62,345 nt of DNA from Candidatus Nomurabacteria bacterium (GTDB taxonomy: Bacteria > Patescibacteriota > Minisyncoccia > Phycocordibacterales > UBA2100), in assembly GCA_943359395.1 (NCBI GenBank), contig CALRHH010000005.1:1-62345 (forward strand). The letters are read 5' to 3'. Of this stretch, positions 1 to 10,229 are shown one piece after another. The translations under genes and the position numbers were made by a program. Numbering within the stretch: position 1 is the first letter of the stretch; each line of letters opens with the position of its first letter. The notes under the pieces were generated by a model. It was not told the origin of the DNA, searched no databases, and saw nothing but the letters and a program-made list of their open reading frames with translations.

Positions 1-2
1 GG

Positions 3-344
3 GAGTGGTGGCGACAGTCGCTCTTGGGAAGGAAAGATGTTTCAGCTCGCACGGGAGGATTCTGTGCCGAATTGAGGGAGGGAGAAGAGCGCACTGCGTG
101 TTTCCGCGGTATCGGATATGCAGAAGCTGCTGCACTTGATTTTGACGCTGAGAAAGGTGTCGCTTTTTGTGAGCAGTATGCGACTTTTTCGGGAGGGGAC
201 GGAAGGATGTGGTGCCGTGAGGGTAATGCATGGGCGCTCTATGCAACTGGTAATCAAGGTGGAGCGGAGCACGTATGTACCCTCGGTCTAGGCAATGGAG
301 AGTCTAGCCGATGTCTTCGTGAATACCTCTTCGTTATAGAATGA
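3..344 (+). CDS. C-terminal fragment of a Cys/His-rich helical-repeat protein (gene starts left of the window)
   Basis: Frame is open from position 3 (EWWRQSLLGRKD...GGFCAELREGEERTACFRGIGY...C...C...C). It matches the C-terminal halves of paralogues at 8011 (LPAWW...RC...VCFEGAG) and 22580 (LPVWW...YC...ACYEGIG). Confidence 0.75.
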   Translation, partial: EWWRQSLLGRKDVSARTGGFCAELREGEERTACFRGIGYAEAAALDFDAEKGVAFCEQYATFSGGDGRMWCREGNAWALYATGNQGGAEHVCTLGLGNGESSRCLREYLFVIE

Positions 345-351
345 TGATGCC

Positions 352-1593
352 GTGAAAGAAATCCTACACTTTTTGCGCTTGGCATTTCGTCGCCATTTTT
401 TTCTCATTACTGTGGTGGTTGGTGGTATTGTCCTCGTGCTTATTGCCACTTTTGTGGCGATGGAATCAAAATGGTGGCAGAATAGGCAATTTTCTGCACG
501 TATTGGAGTATGCGAAGCGGAAGGGCCTCGTAAGCAGCAGTGTTTTGAGGAGCTCATCTTATCTGTCGCTCATACGGGGGGTATTGGGCAAGCGTTCGAT
601 ATTCTCGCTGAGCTCTATGCGCGCGACCGAGAATTTGCGAGCTTCTGCCACGGTAATACGCACGAGCTCGGCGCGATCGCGTACGATGATTTCAGACGAT
701 CGAAGGATTTCTCCCCTTCATCCAAGATGTCGTACTGTGGTTTTGGTTTTTACCACGGTTTCCTTGAAGCCATGCTGTTTGATAAGGGCGACCTTGGTGG
801 CGCTGAGCGGTTTTGTGATTGGCTGGACGAGAAATTTCGGGAGGAGATACAAGGCGTCTCTTTTGCTTGCTACCACGGTATCGGACACGGCGTCATCGAT
901 GGGAACGACCCGACGCGATGGGGCAATGTACAGAAATTTGTGGAGCCCGGTCTGGCGTTATGTCGCACACTCTCAGATACGGGCGACCATCGAGAGCGCT
1001 GCGCCTCTGGAGTATTTAACGCTCTTGCTCTCGCATACAGAGATCCGAAATATCGGCTCGCAAACGACACTCGTGACCCGTACGCGTTCTGTCGTACGCA
1101 AGGCGAAGTGTACCTAAGGCGGGCGTGCTATGACCAGATGAATACCTACGTAACGTGGGTGTATCCGAATTTTGCAGACGCACTCTCCGTGGCGGCGACT
1201 CGTTCGGAAGAAGCATTTCGAACCGTTGCCGTGTCGAGTGTTCCCGGTCCGATGGCACAGGAAGTTTTGGCTACCGATGCAGACATTGCGGCACTCATTA
1301 ATGTGTGTAGCACGCTCTCGACGCATTTGGCAGATATGTGCGCGCAAGGATTTGGAAGCGGGCTCATCGAATTTGGGAAACCGGGAGAAGAGTATCGCGT
1401 GGCAATCGAGGCGTGCGCACGCACGGGTGAGCGTGCCCCCGCGTGTTTCAACGCTGTCGCTCATAGCGTGATGGATCGTTTGCCGCCCAAAACTCACGAA
1501 CAGATGTGTAGGGATATTGCAGCACTCACGTCGGCGACCGCCGCTGAAGATTGTTTTGCGATTATACGCGGAAAAGAAGGACGCACCTTTTGA
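352..1593 (+). CDS. Membrane-anchored Cys/His-rich helical-repeat protein (subtype C)
   Basis: 413-aa ORF with an N-terminal TM helix and the motifs CHGNTHELG, CGFGFYHGFLE, CYHGIGHG, CASGVF. Confidence 0.85.
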   Translation: MKEILHFLRLAFRRHFFLITVVVGGIVLVLIATFVAMESKWWQNRQFSARIGVCEAEGPRKQQCFEELILSVAHTGGIGQAFDILAELYARDREFASFCHGNTHELGAIAYDDFRRSKDFSPSSKMSYCGFGFYHGFLEAMLFDKGDLGGAERFCDWLDEKFREEIQGVSFACYHGIGHGVIDGNDPTRWGNVQKFVEPGLALCRTLSDTGDHRERCASGVFNALALAYRDPKYRLANDTRDPYAFCRTQGEVYLRRACYDQMNTYVTWVYPNFADALSVAATRSEEAFRTVAVSSVPGPMAQEVLATDADIAALINVCSTLSTHLADMCAQGFGSGLIEFGKPGEEYRVAIEACARTGERAPACFNAVAHSVMDRLPPKTHEQMCRDIAALTSATAAEDCFAIIRGKEGRTF

Positions 1594-1611
1594 GCCTACC
1601 TTTGGGGATAC

Positions 1612-2622
1612 CTACGGCACGTCGGGTCGGGAGGTGTTAGGCGCGCGGGTGAAGAGCTTATCCGCCAAGTACTTGAACACCCGTCCGAATATCGGGAGAG
1701 AGAATGCGACCTCGCGCCACTGCAGTTTCTCTGGAGCGAATGGAGACGCAAGGAGGAAGAGGAGCAGGAGCCCGCTTGGGGCTGTGAAAACTGCACGCAT
1801 GGTGAGGAATGTGCCGAGATGAAAGAGAATAAGGCCAAGCCCCCAGACACGATGCAGTTGCGGACGGAACGCCACGACGAGCGCAAATGTCTGAAGCTCG
1901 AGAACACAGAGGAAGGGAAGCCATGCGAGCCACGGGTGAGAGATGATGACGTTTGCGAGCGGCACAGTCTCGTGCATAAGGTTAAGCTGTGTCGCCGCGT
2001 AGAGCGCTCCCGCGTCATGAGAAAAGGCGTTTGCCTGTCCTTGCGAGATTTGGATAACCGCATAGACGAGTTTACTTATACCCGCCATGCTGTACGTGAG
2101 GAGAAGGAATGCCTGCGCCCCCCAGAAGACGAGTGAGAACGTACGACGGGCATCCGGCGGAGGTTCGCGGGTAAGGGCGGGGAGAAATATAAGGATGAAC
2201 GATACCCAAAGCCAGTGGTCCAGTTGGTGGTTCGGAGTCCCAAAGGAGCTCATGAGGGCGTGGTATTCGAAGAATCCGACGAATGCGAGTATTCGCGCGG
2301 CACGGATATACGGAAAAAGGGATGCGAGGAGCGCGCTGAATGTCCACGTCAGGAACACTACCGTTACGGCTGTTCCATAGGGTACATACGGCGCCCAGAA
2401 AAGCGGGAATCGCGGCGCGAAACCCGCGGCTCCTTCGGCAATCATGTAATTCAAACCCTCGAGCCGCGAGAAGGCGATGAAAAATAAGAAGTAATAAAAG
2501 AAGGGGATGAGAATCTTTGCCTTTTCGAAATCTACGCCGCCTTTTACGAATCGGTCGAGCGTCGCCTCCATGCGCTCGTACGCCATCCTTGCTGCGATCG
2601 TCGGTGATATGCGCATATTCAT
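1612..2622 (-). CDS. HTTM-domain integral membrane protein (vitamin K-dependent carboxylase-like / SdpB-like)
   Basis: 336 aa with multiple TM helices. YSMAGISKL and FHLGTFLTM resemble the HTTM Y-x-x-AG-x-x-KL and FH-x-G-x-x-x-x-M motifs. ATGA overlap with the upstream gene. Confidence 0.65.
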   Translation of the reverse strand: MNMRISPTIAARMAYERMEATLDRFVKGGVDFEKAKILIPFFYYFLFFIAFSRLEGLNYMIAEGAAGFAPRFPLFWAPYVPYGTAVTVVFLTWTFSALLASLFPYIRAARILAFVGFFEYHALMSSFGTPNHQLDHWLWVSFILIFLPALTREPPPDARRTFSLVFWGAQAFLLLTYSMAGISKLVYAVIQISQGQANAFSHDAGALYAATQLNLMHETVPLANVIISHPWLAWLPFLCVLELQTFALVVAFRPQLHRVWGLGLILFHLGTFLTMRAVFTAPSGLLLLFLLASPFAPEKLQWREVAFSLPIFGRVFKYLADKLFTRAPNTSRPDVP

Positions 2623-3089
2623 TTTTCGACAAGGAACTCGGCGAGTACAGTACTCGTCGCGATACGCCCGCTTTTAAAGTACTCAAGTGTGTCGTATGAG
2701 TATGCCCGGACCACGTATGATGCTTGTCTAGCAAAGTGTGTCTCAATCTCCCCCCGTATGGCCGTTATCTGGTCGTTCCGTCTCCCAGTAATCGAATGAG
2801 CTAATCTCTCGCTAATCGTCGACAAGTCCCGCCCAGATATCCCCTCGCTCAAGAAAACATCGGGACGGCTGAGGAGAGGAAGGGGAGTTTCGAGCCGTTT
2901 CCCTTCGATAGAGACAAACATAATATCGAATCCACTTTGGACACGCGGAGGTACAGTGACGAAGAGGAACCATGAGAAAAAAGGGTACGCGTCTTCTGTC
3001 GACGTGCTTGTTATATGAGCTCCCACACCAACGAGTGCGTAGGTTACGAGGAATATTGTGACGGCTTTTTTTCCACGTTCGTAGTTCAT
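2619..3089 (-). CDS. Small membrane-anchored partner of the HTTM protein (SdpA-like by context)
   Basis: 156 aa with an N-terminal TM helix followed by YPFFSWFLFVTVP. Translationally coupled on both sides. Confidence 0.6.
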   Translation of the reverse strand: MNYERGKKAVTIFLVTYALVGVGAHITSTSTEDAYPFFSWFLFVTVPPRVQSGFDIMFVSIEGKRLETPLPLLSRPDVFLSEGISGRDLSTISERLAHSITGRRNDQITAIRGEIETHFARQASYVVRAYSYDTLEYFKSGRIATSTVLAEFLVEK

Positions 3090-4600
3090 GGCGTATCAAA
3101 TGAGGGATCATCATACGGTGACGTATGAGTTTGGTCGAGGTCGAGGCAGAGGTATCGATATAGCTCCGGCACATTCGGACAGATGCTCTTTACTTTCTCG
3201 ATCGAGTAATTTTGTCGCAGCTGTCTCAAACCCTCTCCCCAGCAAAATACACGCTCCTCAGCCGTCCTCCATGCATCCGAGTTGCAGAAGTCGAGTACCT
3301 TCTCATGCTGCTTCTCGGGTTCGCCGTGTGCGAAGAATCCTAGAAGTGAACCGCCCCAGCAGATGCGTCGGAGTCTCCCTGAGAAACTTTCTCGGCATCC
3401 ATTAATATACTGCGAATGGTCATCGGCAAGGATATCCTTTGCCATCATGACCGAAGGAACTACCCATACAACGAGCCGCTTGAGTTTCTCATCGGGGAGT
3501 TTATTCACGTAGGCGGGAAGAAGGTGAATATCCCAATTAAGAACGGTGTCCAATTTGGCGGCAAACTCTCCATAGCATGCCTTCCAGTACCTATAGGGTT
3601 GCGTCCGGCATACAGCAAATGGGTCTTTGGGGTCCATAGAAAGCCCGTACTTTTCGTCTGCCGCAAAGTTGACGGGCACGGTAAAGACGCCCGTCAGGCA
3701 GAGATTGAGGTTCCCGAAGTTGTTTCCGAACAGAAATTCACACATCTTGATGCCTGGGGCTATCATTTTCTGGAAGTTGCCCTCTGAGGATGGGTCGGGG
3801 GGATCTTCCGTGTAACCATGCCCGATGCCGTGATAGCAGTTCCACAAGCCCATGTCGCCCAACTGCTCTTTCACGCTATCGCAAAAGCGTAGCGCGTAGG
3901 CGGGATCGGGATTCTCACGCAGCAATCTCTCCATGAATCCATGGTAGAAGCCGTATCCGCAATACGTTGTTGCCACCGATATCGAGAAGTTTTTCCCGTC
4001 GCGGAATAAATCGTATCCCGCCTCGCCAATTCTATGAGCGGTCCAGTGGCATCCTCGAGGGAGCTGTCCTTTCGCAAAGGTTTCTTCAAAGAGTTTGTAG
4101 GCCGCATCGATGCCTTTCGTCTGTACAGCATTTCGTATGAGGTCGTCGAAGCACGGTCCATCGCAGTATCCGTTTACGGTGGAAGAGGGGAGTTTGCCTG
4201 TATTGCTCACTACGAATATCTGACCTTGCGATGTGACATTGAGATGGTCGTGATACCTCCAGCTGCCAGGGATAGTGAAGGTATACGTCCACGATTGCCC
4301 TGGGGGAATAGCCTCTTTCGGATCAAAAGTAGAAAGGTCTTCGTGAGTCGGGTGGGGGTCACTTGCCGGCCATATTGAGCGTGTACTACTATTTTTGAAC
4401 GTTACCGTATCACCACTGTGCACCGTGATCTCTGATGGGGAAAACCCGGCGTCGCGCAGCTCAATGGTATATGTTCGGTGTCCTAGGCTGCCGAGGAGTA
4501 GGTACGCAGCGATGCAGATAAACGTACCTGTTAAAAGTATTGCAGCAATACTCATTCGTTTGAGTACCGCTCTGTATACCTTATTAAGAAGATGATACAT
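3086..4600 (-). CDS. Cupredoxin domain fused to a Cys/His-rich helical-repeat domain (subtype C)
   Basis: TM helix, then GFSPSEITVHSGDTVTFKN...WPASDPHPTH...WTYTF...WRYHDHLN (cupredoxin fold), then CHWTAHRIG, CGYGFYHGFME, CYHGIGHG, CLTGVF. Confidence 0.8.
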   Translation of the reverse strand: MYHLLNKVYRAVLKRMSIAAILLTGTFICIAAYLLLGSLGHRTYTIELRDAGFSPSEITVHSGDTVTFKNSSTRSIWPASDPHPTHEDLSTFDPKEAIPPGQSWTYTFTIPGSWRYHDHLNVTSQGQIFVVSNTGKLPSSTVNGYCDGPCFDDLIRNAVQTKGIDAAYKLFEETFAKGQLPRGCHWTAHRIGEAGYDLFRDGKNFSISVATTYCGYGFYHGFMERLLRENPDPAYALRFCDSVKEQLGDMGLWNCYHGIGHGYTEDPPDPSSEGNFQKMIAPGIKMCEFLFGNNFGNLNLCLTGVFTVPVNFAADEKYGLSMDPKDPFAVCRTQPYRYWKACYGEFAAKLDTVLNWDIHLLPAYVNKLPDEKLKRLVVWVVPSVMMAKDILADDHSQYINGCRESFSGRLRRICWGGSLLGFFAHGEPEKQHEKVLDFCNSDAWRTAEERVFCWGEGLRQLRQNYSIEKVKSICPNVPELYRYLCLDLDQTHTSPYDDPSFDTP

Positions 4601-4602
4601 AC

Positions 4603-5589
4603 TTATAGTAATGTTTTGGGAGTAGAGAAGCTCCTACACTGACTAGCGAGAGGGCCAGGAAGTTTTGCACACATTTGTTGTCCTGCTTGCGGGTATCCAG
4701 CTGGGAAAAACCTTGATGCGGCGCCAAGTGCGCATATCGCGACTCCGTGTGAATCATGAATAAGGCCGCACAGCCTCTCCGCCTCATCGGGGCTGTGGTC
4801 GACGCTTTCTGCGACGACGGTGCCCCACCCCTGATAACAAGCGTCCTGCTCGGGTTGAGAGTCGGCCTGAGCACACATGTTGCCTATGTTCTCGAAGTCA
4901 TTTCCCAAATTATCTTTCCACCAGAGGGCAATCTCAAAGTAGCACGATGTGCGGTATTCGGCTGGTACGGTTGTGTTGCATGGCGCAAGGGGGTTCTTGG
5001 CGTCGTACGGACGCATGTCCGTGTAGGCTTCGCCACCCCTGAACATCATCGCGTTATTATATTCCATAAATAATCCGCTCGTGCAGCCGTAGAGCTCATG
5101 TGATTGCTTCGTCTCCGCGCATAGCTTCAAGGCATCGGATAGATTCTCGCGCCCCGCGTATTCCATTATGCCGTGCCCAATCCCATGTTCGCACCCAGTG
5201 CTATTTTTCCCGTATTGTTCTCTGCAGGAATCGGCAAGGACAGGAATTATGCTAGTCCCTTTATCTGATAGTACGCGTCCGAAAAAACCGTGATAGCATC
5301 CAAACGCAAAAGATTCGTCGCAAATAGCGATACCAGAGAGTCCAACTGAATCGTAGAGTAGATTTCCTATAGCGTGCGCAGCGGCATGTTGTGTACTAAA
5401 AGGGGCGTCTCTGTATTCATTGGTGAACTCTTTGTATGCCTCATTTGCACCGACCACAGAAGCGCGGTTCGTCCACTGCGTCAGATTACCTCGCGTACTC
5501 GGGGCAGTAGTGGCATCGAGTCCGAAATAGAGTGCACCAATGACTACGAGAAGGGCGAACATGACCACGGGGCGGTAGTACATAGCCAT
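4603..5589 (-). CDS. Membrane-anchored Cys/His-rich helical-repeat protein (subtype B)
   Basis: Motifs HAAAHAIG, GCYHGFFG, CEHGIGHG, CTSGLFMEYN; N-terminal TM helix. Confidence 0.85.
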   Translation of the reverse strand: MAMYYRPVVMFALLVVIGALYFGLDATTAPSTRGNLTQWTNRASVVGANEAYKEFTNEYRDAPFSTQHAAAHAIGNLLYDSVGLSGIAICDESFAFGCYHGFFGRVLSDKGTSIIPVLADSCREQYGKNSTGCEHGIGHGIMEYAGRENLSDALKLCAETKQSHELYGCTSGLFMEYNNAMMFRGGEAYTDMRPYDAKNPLAPCNTTVPAEYRTSCYFEIALWWKDNLGNDFENIGNMCAQADSQPEQDACYQGWGTVVAESVDHSPDEAERLCGLIHDSHGVAICALGAASRFFPAGYPQAGQQMCAKLPGPLASQCRSFSTPKTLL

Positions 5590-5718
5590 GCAATGGTAGC
5601 AGAAATATGAGTAAACATCGCGATTCCTAATTTGCTATAGTACCCACATGATTCATCTCCGCATGGCGCGTGTCCAGAAGGTCTACGCAAGTGCAACTCA
5701 AGAATACCAGAGCTTCAT

Positions 5719-6942
5719 ATGTCATTCGTGAGTTACGTTCGAAAGCAGGGGGTGTTTCTTCTGCCGTTGAGCGCCGTCCTCTTCGTCTCCCTTTTTGCAA
5801 TTCAGGGGATTCTCCCCGTCACATTTCAGAGTGATAGCGTGCTCGCTCAGGGTGAGGTGAGAGCTTGCAAGGAAAGTGCTACCGAGGCGGAAAAAGAACT
5901 CTGTTATGAAAAGAGCATACCGCACCTCATGGACAAAGGGCTTTCGATGGAACGAACATTTGCCGTTGTGAGGCTCATTCAGCAAATTGATGCTGGGTAC
6001 CAATCGTGTCACGTACTTGCTCACCTCATAACAGGGAAGGAGGTAGCGAAAGACCCGTCAAAGTGGAAAGATGTTGTTATCCGGTCGCCCGCCGGTATGT
6101 GTGGGAGCGGAGCCATGCACGGGGCATTCCAAGAGCGGTTTCGCGAAGACTCTTTTCCAGATGCGAATGTTGCCGAGATGCAGAGCATGCTTGCGGGCGT
6201 GTGCAATCCCCGTGACGGTTGGGAGCCAACCTACTTGGACAGGTCTTCTTGCATGCACGGACTTGGGCACTTACTCCTTTACGTGACTGCCGCAGATGTG
6301 AAGAAATCGGTGGCCTTATGCGAAGTCGTCGCGCAATTGTCAGACTACGATTTCCGCCAGACGTGTCTTGATGGGATATTCATGCAGTTGTACCAACCGC
6401 TGGAGCCTGAGGACGACGTTCTTATTCATGCAATCGCACCCGAAGCTAAGCAAACTCGGACTTTCTGCGCTCAGTTCACGGGGCTTGTCTACAATGTCTG
6501 CGTCAAAGAGAGTTGGCCTGCGGTGCCGGGGAGTTCGAATACCTCTGCGGGTTTTGAGGCACTTTGCGCACAAACAACAGACCGAAACGCGCAAATTACC
6601 TGCGCCTCAGGACTCATGTACCCTGTCATCGAGGAGCTACAGTACGATGTTCCGAAGGTGGGCGAGTTCTGCAAAGGCATTCTCGATAAAGGAATAAGAG
6701 ACATCTGTTGGGCGCGCCTCGCGTCAAAATTCGTATGGGCTGATTGGCGCAACGTTCCCACTGCGCTCAATATCTGCAGAGCCGTCGTCCCTCAAGAGTC
6801 GAAGGCGGCGTGTTGGGAGGAGCTTGAATCGTACGCAGTTCAGGGTATGCAACATAATTCCCCGCAGACGAAGGCCTTATGCGATGGAATGCCAGAGCCG
6901 TGGCGCAACAGTTGCTCGAAGCGAACGACCACGCAGCTATGA
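5719..6942 (+). CDS. Membrane-anchored Cys/His-rich helical-repeat protein (subtype A)
   Basis: Motifs CHVLAH, CGSGAMHG, CMHGLGH, CLDGIFMQLYQPLEPED. Close paralogue of 8967-10145. Confidence 0.85.
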   Translation: MSFVSYVRKQGVFLLPLSAVLFVSLFAIQGILPVTFQSDSVLAQGEVRACKESATEAEKELCYEKSIPHLMDKGLSMERTFAVVRLIQQIDAGYQSCHVLAHLITGKEVAKDPSKWKDVVIRSPAGMCGSGAMHGAFQERFREDSFPDANVAEMQSMLAGVCNPRDGWEPTYLDRSSCMHGLGHLLLYVTAADVKKSVALCEVVAQLSDYDFRQTCLDGIFMQLYQPLEPEDDVLIHAIAPEAKQTRTFCAQFTGLVYNVCVKESWPAVPGSSNTSAGFEALCAQTTDRNAQITCASGLMYPVIEELQYDVPKVGEFCKGILDKGIRDICWARLASKFVWADWRNVPTALNICRAVVPQESKAACWEELESYAVQGMQHNSPQTKALCDGMPEPWRNSCSKRTTTQL

Positions 6943-7997
6943 TTGCTACGTTATCCCGTTATCGTACTCATTTTGCTCTCGTCGGCTCACTATGTGTTAT
7001 TGCGGTAGGATTCTCAATTTTGAGCTATCTCCCAAAATCCAACCTCGGCACCTCCTCATTAGAGAGAGTGGATTCGGCAGTTGATTTTCAGAAAGAGAAA
7101 GATTATTGGCATACTCAGATAACAAGTATTGGAGGGGAGGACGCATATCGGGAAATGGTTAAGAAAGGAAATAGTATGACGGCCTCTCAGTCGCACGTAA
7201 TGGCCCATAGTTTTGGGGAGGCTCTCTTTCAAGCAAGAGGAGTGGAGGGTTTTGCCGTCTGCGGTCCCCATTTTGTGTACGGGTGTTACCATCAGTTTAT
7301 TGGCAATGCTATTGCCGCGGTGGGACTTCCTGTCGTGGAAAAGTTCAGAGCTGCTTGCGCCTCGAAACCTCGGTCCACTATCTTCCCTTGCCTGCACGGT
7401 CTTGGACATGGAATTTTGGGGTACTTAGGATATTCGTTGGAAGATTTGAAAGAGGCTCTCGCGTTGTGCGAAGCCTCCAATCTAGGAGAGGACAGGAATG
7501 GGTGTATCGACGGTGTGTTTATGGAATATAACATACATGGATTGACCGCATACAAGTCGGGAAAGATTGAGCCGAGGAAGTTCCCCGGCGAAGGCGCCTA
7601 CAGCCCTTGTTTTGATGTTAATGCACAGTATCGTGCTCAGTGCGTATATCAGTTGCCCGATTGGTGGGTCGCTGCAATACTAAGCCCCGGTGATATTGGA
7701 GGTCGATTTGCCCAGGCCGGAATCTATTGCTCCAATATGAACGATACGACACTCACCCAAGTTTGTTTCGAAGGGATCGGCCACATTGCACCGTCCCTTT
7801 CCAATCTTGATCCTGATGCCGCGGCTGCGTTGTGCGCCTCCGCAGCACCTCCTGACTACCGGGCATCGTGCTTATCCTCGGCAGCGTTGCGGTTCAAGCT
7901 GGAAGGTTTCAAAGACTACCTCGGTCTCTGCGAACGCTTCGGACTTTCGGAGGATGGCCTCGTTCGCTGTCGAAAGTTTGAAAATAAGACCTCATGA
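6939..7997 (+). CDS. Membrane-anchored Cys/His-rich helical-repeat protein (subtype B)
   Basis: Start refined to ATG 6939 (ATGA overlap). Motifs HVMAHSFG, GCYHQFIG, CLHGLGHG, CIDGVFMEYN, LPDWW. Confidence 0.85.
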   Translation: MIATLSRYRTHFALVGSLCVIAVGFSILSYLPKSNLGTSSLERVDSAVDFQKEKDYWHTQITSIGGEDAYREMVKKGNSMTASQSHVMAHSFGEALFQARGVEGFAVCGPHFVYGCYHQFIGNAIAAVGLPVVEKFRAACASKPRSTIFPCLHGLGHGILGYLGYSLEDLKEALALCEASNLGEDRNGCIDGVFMEYNIHGLTAYKSGKIEPRKFPGEGAYSPCFDVNAQYRAQCVYQLPDWWVAAILSPGDIGGRFAQAGIYCSNMNDTTLTQVCFEGIGHIAPSLSNLDPDAAAALCASAAPPDYRASCLSSAALRFKLEGFKDYLGLCERFGLSEDGLVRCRKFENKTS

Positions 7998-8010
7998 CAA
8001 TCGAACGATT

Positions 8011-8970
8011 ATGAAGAAACTAACTTCACGCGCATATGTCATAGTAGCAATCGGGATTGTTTTCGTCTGCACAATGAGTATCGTTGCGCAGAATCACTTC
8101 ACTGAATCGTCTCGACCATTCAAAACTCGCAAGATTCAGTCTCTGTATCAGGAACTCAAGCGTACGTGGGAGGATATATTTGATCGAACACCCGCAGATG
8201 CGTACGGGGAATTCATCAAGACCGCGAACACACTTCCTTATAGTGACGCTCACACTCTCGCGCATATAGTTGGGGCAATACTGTACGATCGAGAGGGGCT
8301 CGCGGGACTCTCATATTGCACGAATGATTTTGCCTTCGGTTGCTACCATGGTTTCGCAGGGAGGGTTATTGAGATAACGGGAAGCGCCGGTGTTGGGAAT
8401 TTTGCTGAGGCATGTAAAGCCCAAAAGAGCGCTACGGATTGTGAGCACGGTATTGGACACGGGCTTCTCGCATATCTGGGCGACGGCGGGTTAGTTGCCG
8501 CGCTTGAACTCTGTCCTCCCGCGGAGAGGGAAAGTGTGGGAGGCTGTTACAATGGCGTCTTTATGGAATACTTTCTCAATACGCTTCAGCGGGACGAGGG
8601 AAAGGGGATACGGCCGCCTAATTCTTCGGAGCCCGAGGGTCCGTGTAAAAGTAGTGTTCCAAGAAAATTTCAACCCGCTTGCTACTATGAATTGCCCGCG
8701 TGGTGGCGTGCATGGGAGGCAAACGGCGGAGCTCCGTACGAGAAACAATTCAAGGCTGTCGGCGAGAGGTGTGCGCTCGTCGCGGACTCAGATTTGCAGA
8801 CAGTATGTTTTGAGGGGGCGGGCGCGCAAATTGCCCCCTTCAGTAAGTATGAGATGGGACGTATTCAGAAGTTGTGTTTGCTGATGCCGGAATCGGGTCG
8901 GGCGACTTGTCTAGAAGAAGCGGTCAAGTCAGTTGCCGGATCTGAAAAAAGGAGCCCGGACGTACTATGA
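8011..8970 (+). CDS. Membrane-anchored Cys/His-rich helical-repeat protein (subtype B)
   Basis: Start refined to ATG 8011 (MKK + TM helix). Motifs HTLAHIVG, GCYHGFAG, CEHGIGHG, CYNGVFMEY, LPAWW. Confidence 0.85.
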   Translation: MKKLTSRAYVIVAIGIVFVCTMSIVAQNHFTESSRPFKTRKIQSLYQELKRTWEDIFDRTPADAYGEFIKTANTLPYSDAHTLAHIVGAILYDREGLAGLSYCTNDFAFGCYHGFAGRVIEITGSAGVGNFAEACKAQKSATDCEHGIGHGLLAYLGDGGLVAALELCPPAERESVGGCYNGVFMEYFLNTLQRDEGKGIRPPNSSEPEGPCKSSVPRKFQPACYYELPAWWRAWEANGGAPYEKQFKAVGERCALVADSDLQTVCFEGAGAQIAPFSKYEMGRIQKLCLLMPESGRATCLEEAVKSVAGSEKRSPDVL

Positions 8971-10145
8971 ACATACAGAGGATGTCAATAAGAAAAAAGT
9001 TTGTCACCGTTGCTCTTTTTGTTCTTGTGGTGTCCCTCGTTGTGTTTGCGTGGAGTTCGTTCCATGCGACGGAGGCGAAGAGGATTCTTCGCGATTGCGC
9101 ACAGGGGGGAGATCGCGCCGCGTGTTATGAAGCGGAGGTTTCAGAGCTTTATCCAAGGCTTTCGGTGCCGAATGTTTTTGAAGTCGTACGAGATATACGA
9201 AGAAGTGATGCGTCATATCAGTTTTGTCACGTACTTGCGCATAAGGTTGGCGAGCGTGTGGTCGCAGAGGACCCAGATAAGTGGATTGACGCTATCCCGC
9301 TTAATCCCTCGGACGGATTGTGTTCCAATGGGTTTATTCATGGTGTAGTCGGCGGGCGATTTCGCGCAGAGGTACTTGACGACGCTACGCTTCAAAAGCT
9401 TCTTCCCGATTTCAGGCGGGCGTGTGAACCGCGAAAAGGATGGACACCTAGTAATCTCGACCAAGCTATTTGCTACCATGGTCTCGGGCATCTTTACGAT
9501 TTCATCACCAACGCGGATTTACCAAAAGCATTAGACATCTGTACGCGTACGACTTCCCAACAGTACAGACGTGTCTGCATTGAAGGGGTTTTCATGCAGA
9601 TTTATCAGCCTCTGGAGCCAGACGATTTTCTCATGATTGAGCAAATGCCGGTGAAGCCGACCAAGGACACGGTACGGCAGTTCTGCGCGCGGTTCGGAGA
9701 TACTCCCGCATACGAAGGCGCGTGTCTGCGGGAAAGTTGGCCCCTGCACGCAGGCATGACCGATGGGACCGGCGTGGAGGCGTTTTGTTCGAATCAGCCG
9801 AACGCTGAAGAAGAAGTTGCCTGCTACGAATCTTCAACCGCCATCATCGGGCGTCTTTCCCTTGGCAATCCAGAAAAAGCAGCTTCCGCCTGTAATGAGC
9901 TTCCTGAGGGGCGGCGTAGCTTGTGTTTTGGAACAGCTGCTCAAGCCGTACTTGAAGAGAACAGGGAGGACGTATCGAAAGCGATTTCACTGTGCGTCCT
10001 GGCTGGAGATTCGATTGCGCGGGGTTGCATGATAAAGCTTGCCGAACAAGCAACATTCATTTTCGGGCAGAATGAGCGAGAAATCACGGCATTCTGTTCT
10101 GCATTGCCGACGTCTCTTCAGGGGAGTTGCACTAGTCTTGATTGA
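8967..10145 (+). CDS. Membrane-anchored Cys/His-rich helical-repeat protein (subtype A)
   Basis: Motifs CHVLAHKVG, CSNGFIHG, CYHGLGH, CIEGVFMQIYQPLEPDD. Confidence 0.85.
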   Translation: MNIQRMSIRKKFVTVALFVLVVSLVVFAWSSFHATEAKRILRDCAQGGDRAACYEAEVSELYPRLSVPNVFEVVRDIRRSDASYQFCHVLAHKVGERVVAEDPDKWIDAIPLNPSDGLCSNGFIHGVVGGRFRAEVLDDATLQKLLPDFRRACEPRKGWTPSNLDQAICYHGLGHLYDFITNADLPKALDICTRTTSQQYRRVCIEGVFMQIYQPLEPDDFLMIEQMPVKPTKDTVRQFCARFGDTPAYEGACLRESWPLHAGMTDGTGVEAFCSNQPNAEEEVACYESSTAIIGRLSLGNPEKAASACNELPEGRRSLCFGTAAQAVLEENREDVSKAISLCVLAGDSIARGCMIKLAEQATFIFGQNEREITAFCSALPTSLQGSCTSLD

Positions 10146-10229
10146 GAATATTTTCAGACTTCGCATGGGTCCATATGTTACTCTGTGTGTACAGTTGCTA
10201 GGTCGATATCGGACCAATTGCTTACATGT

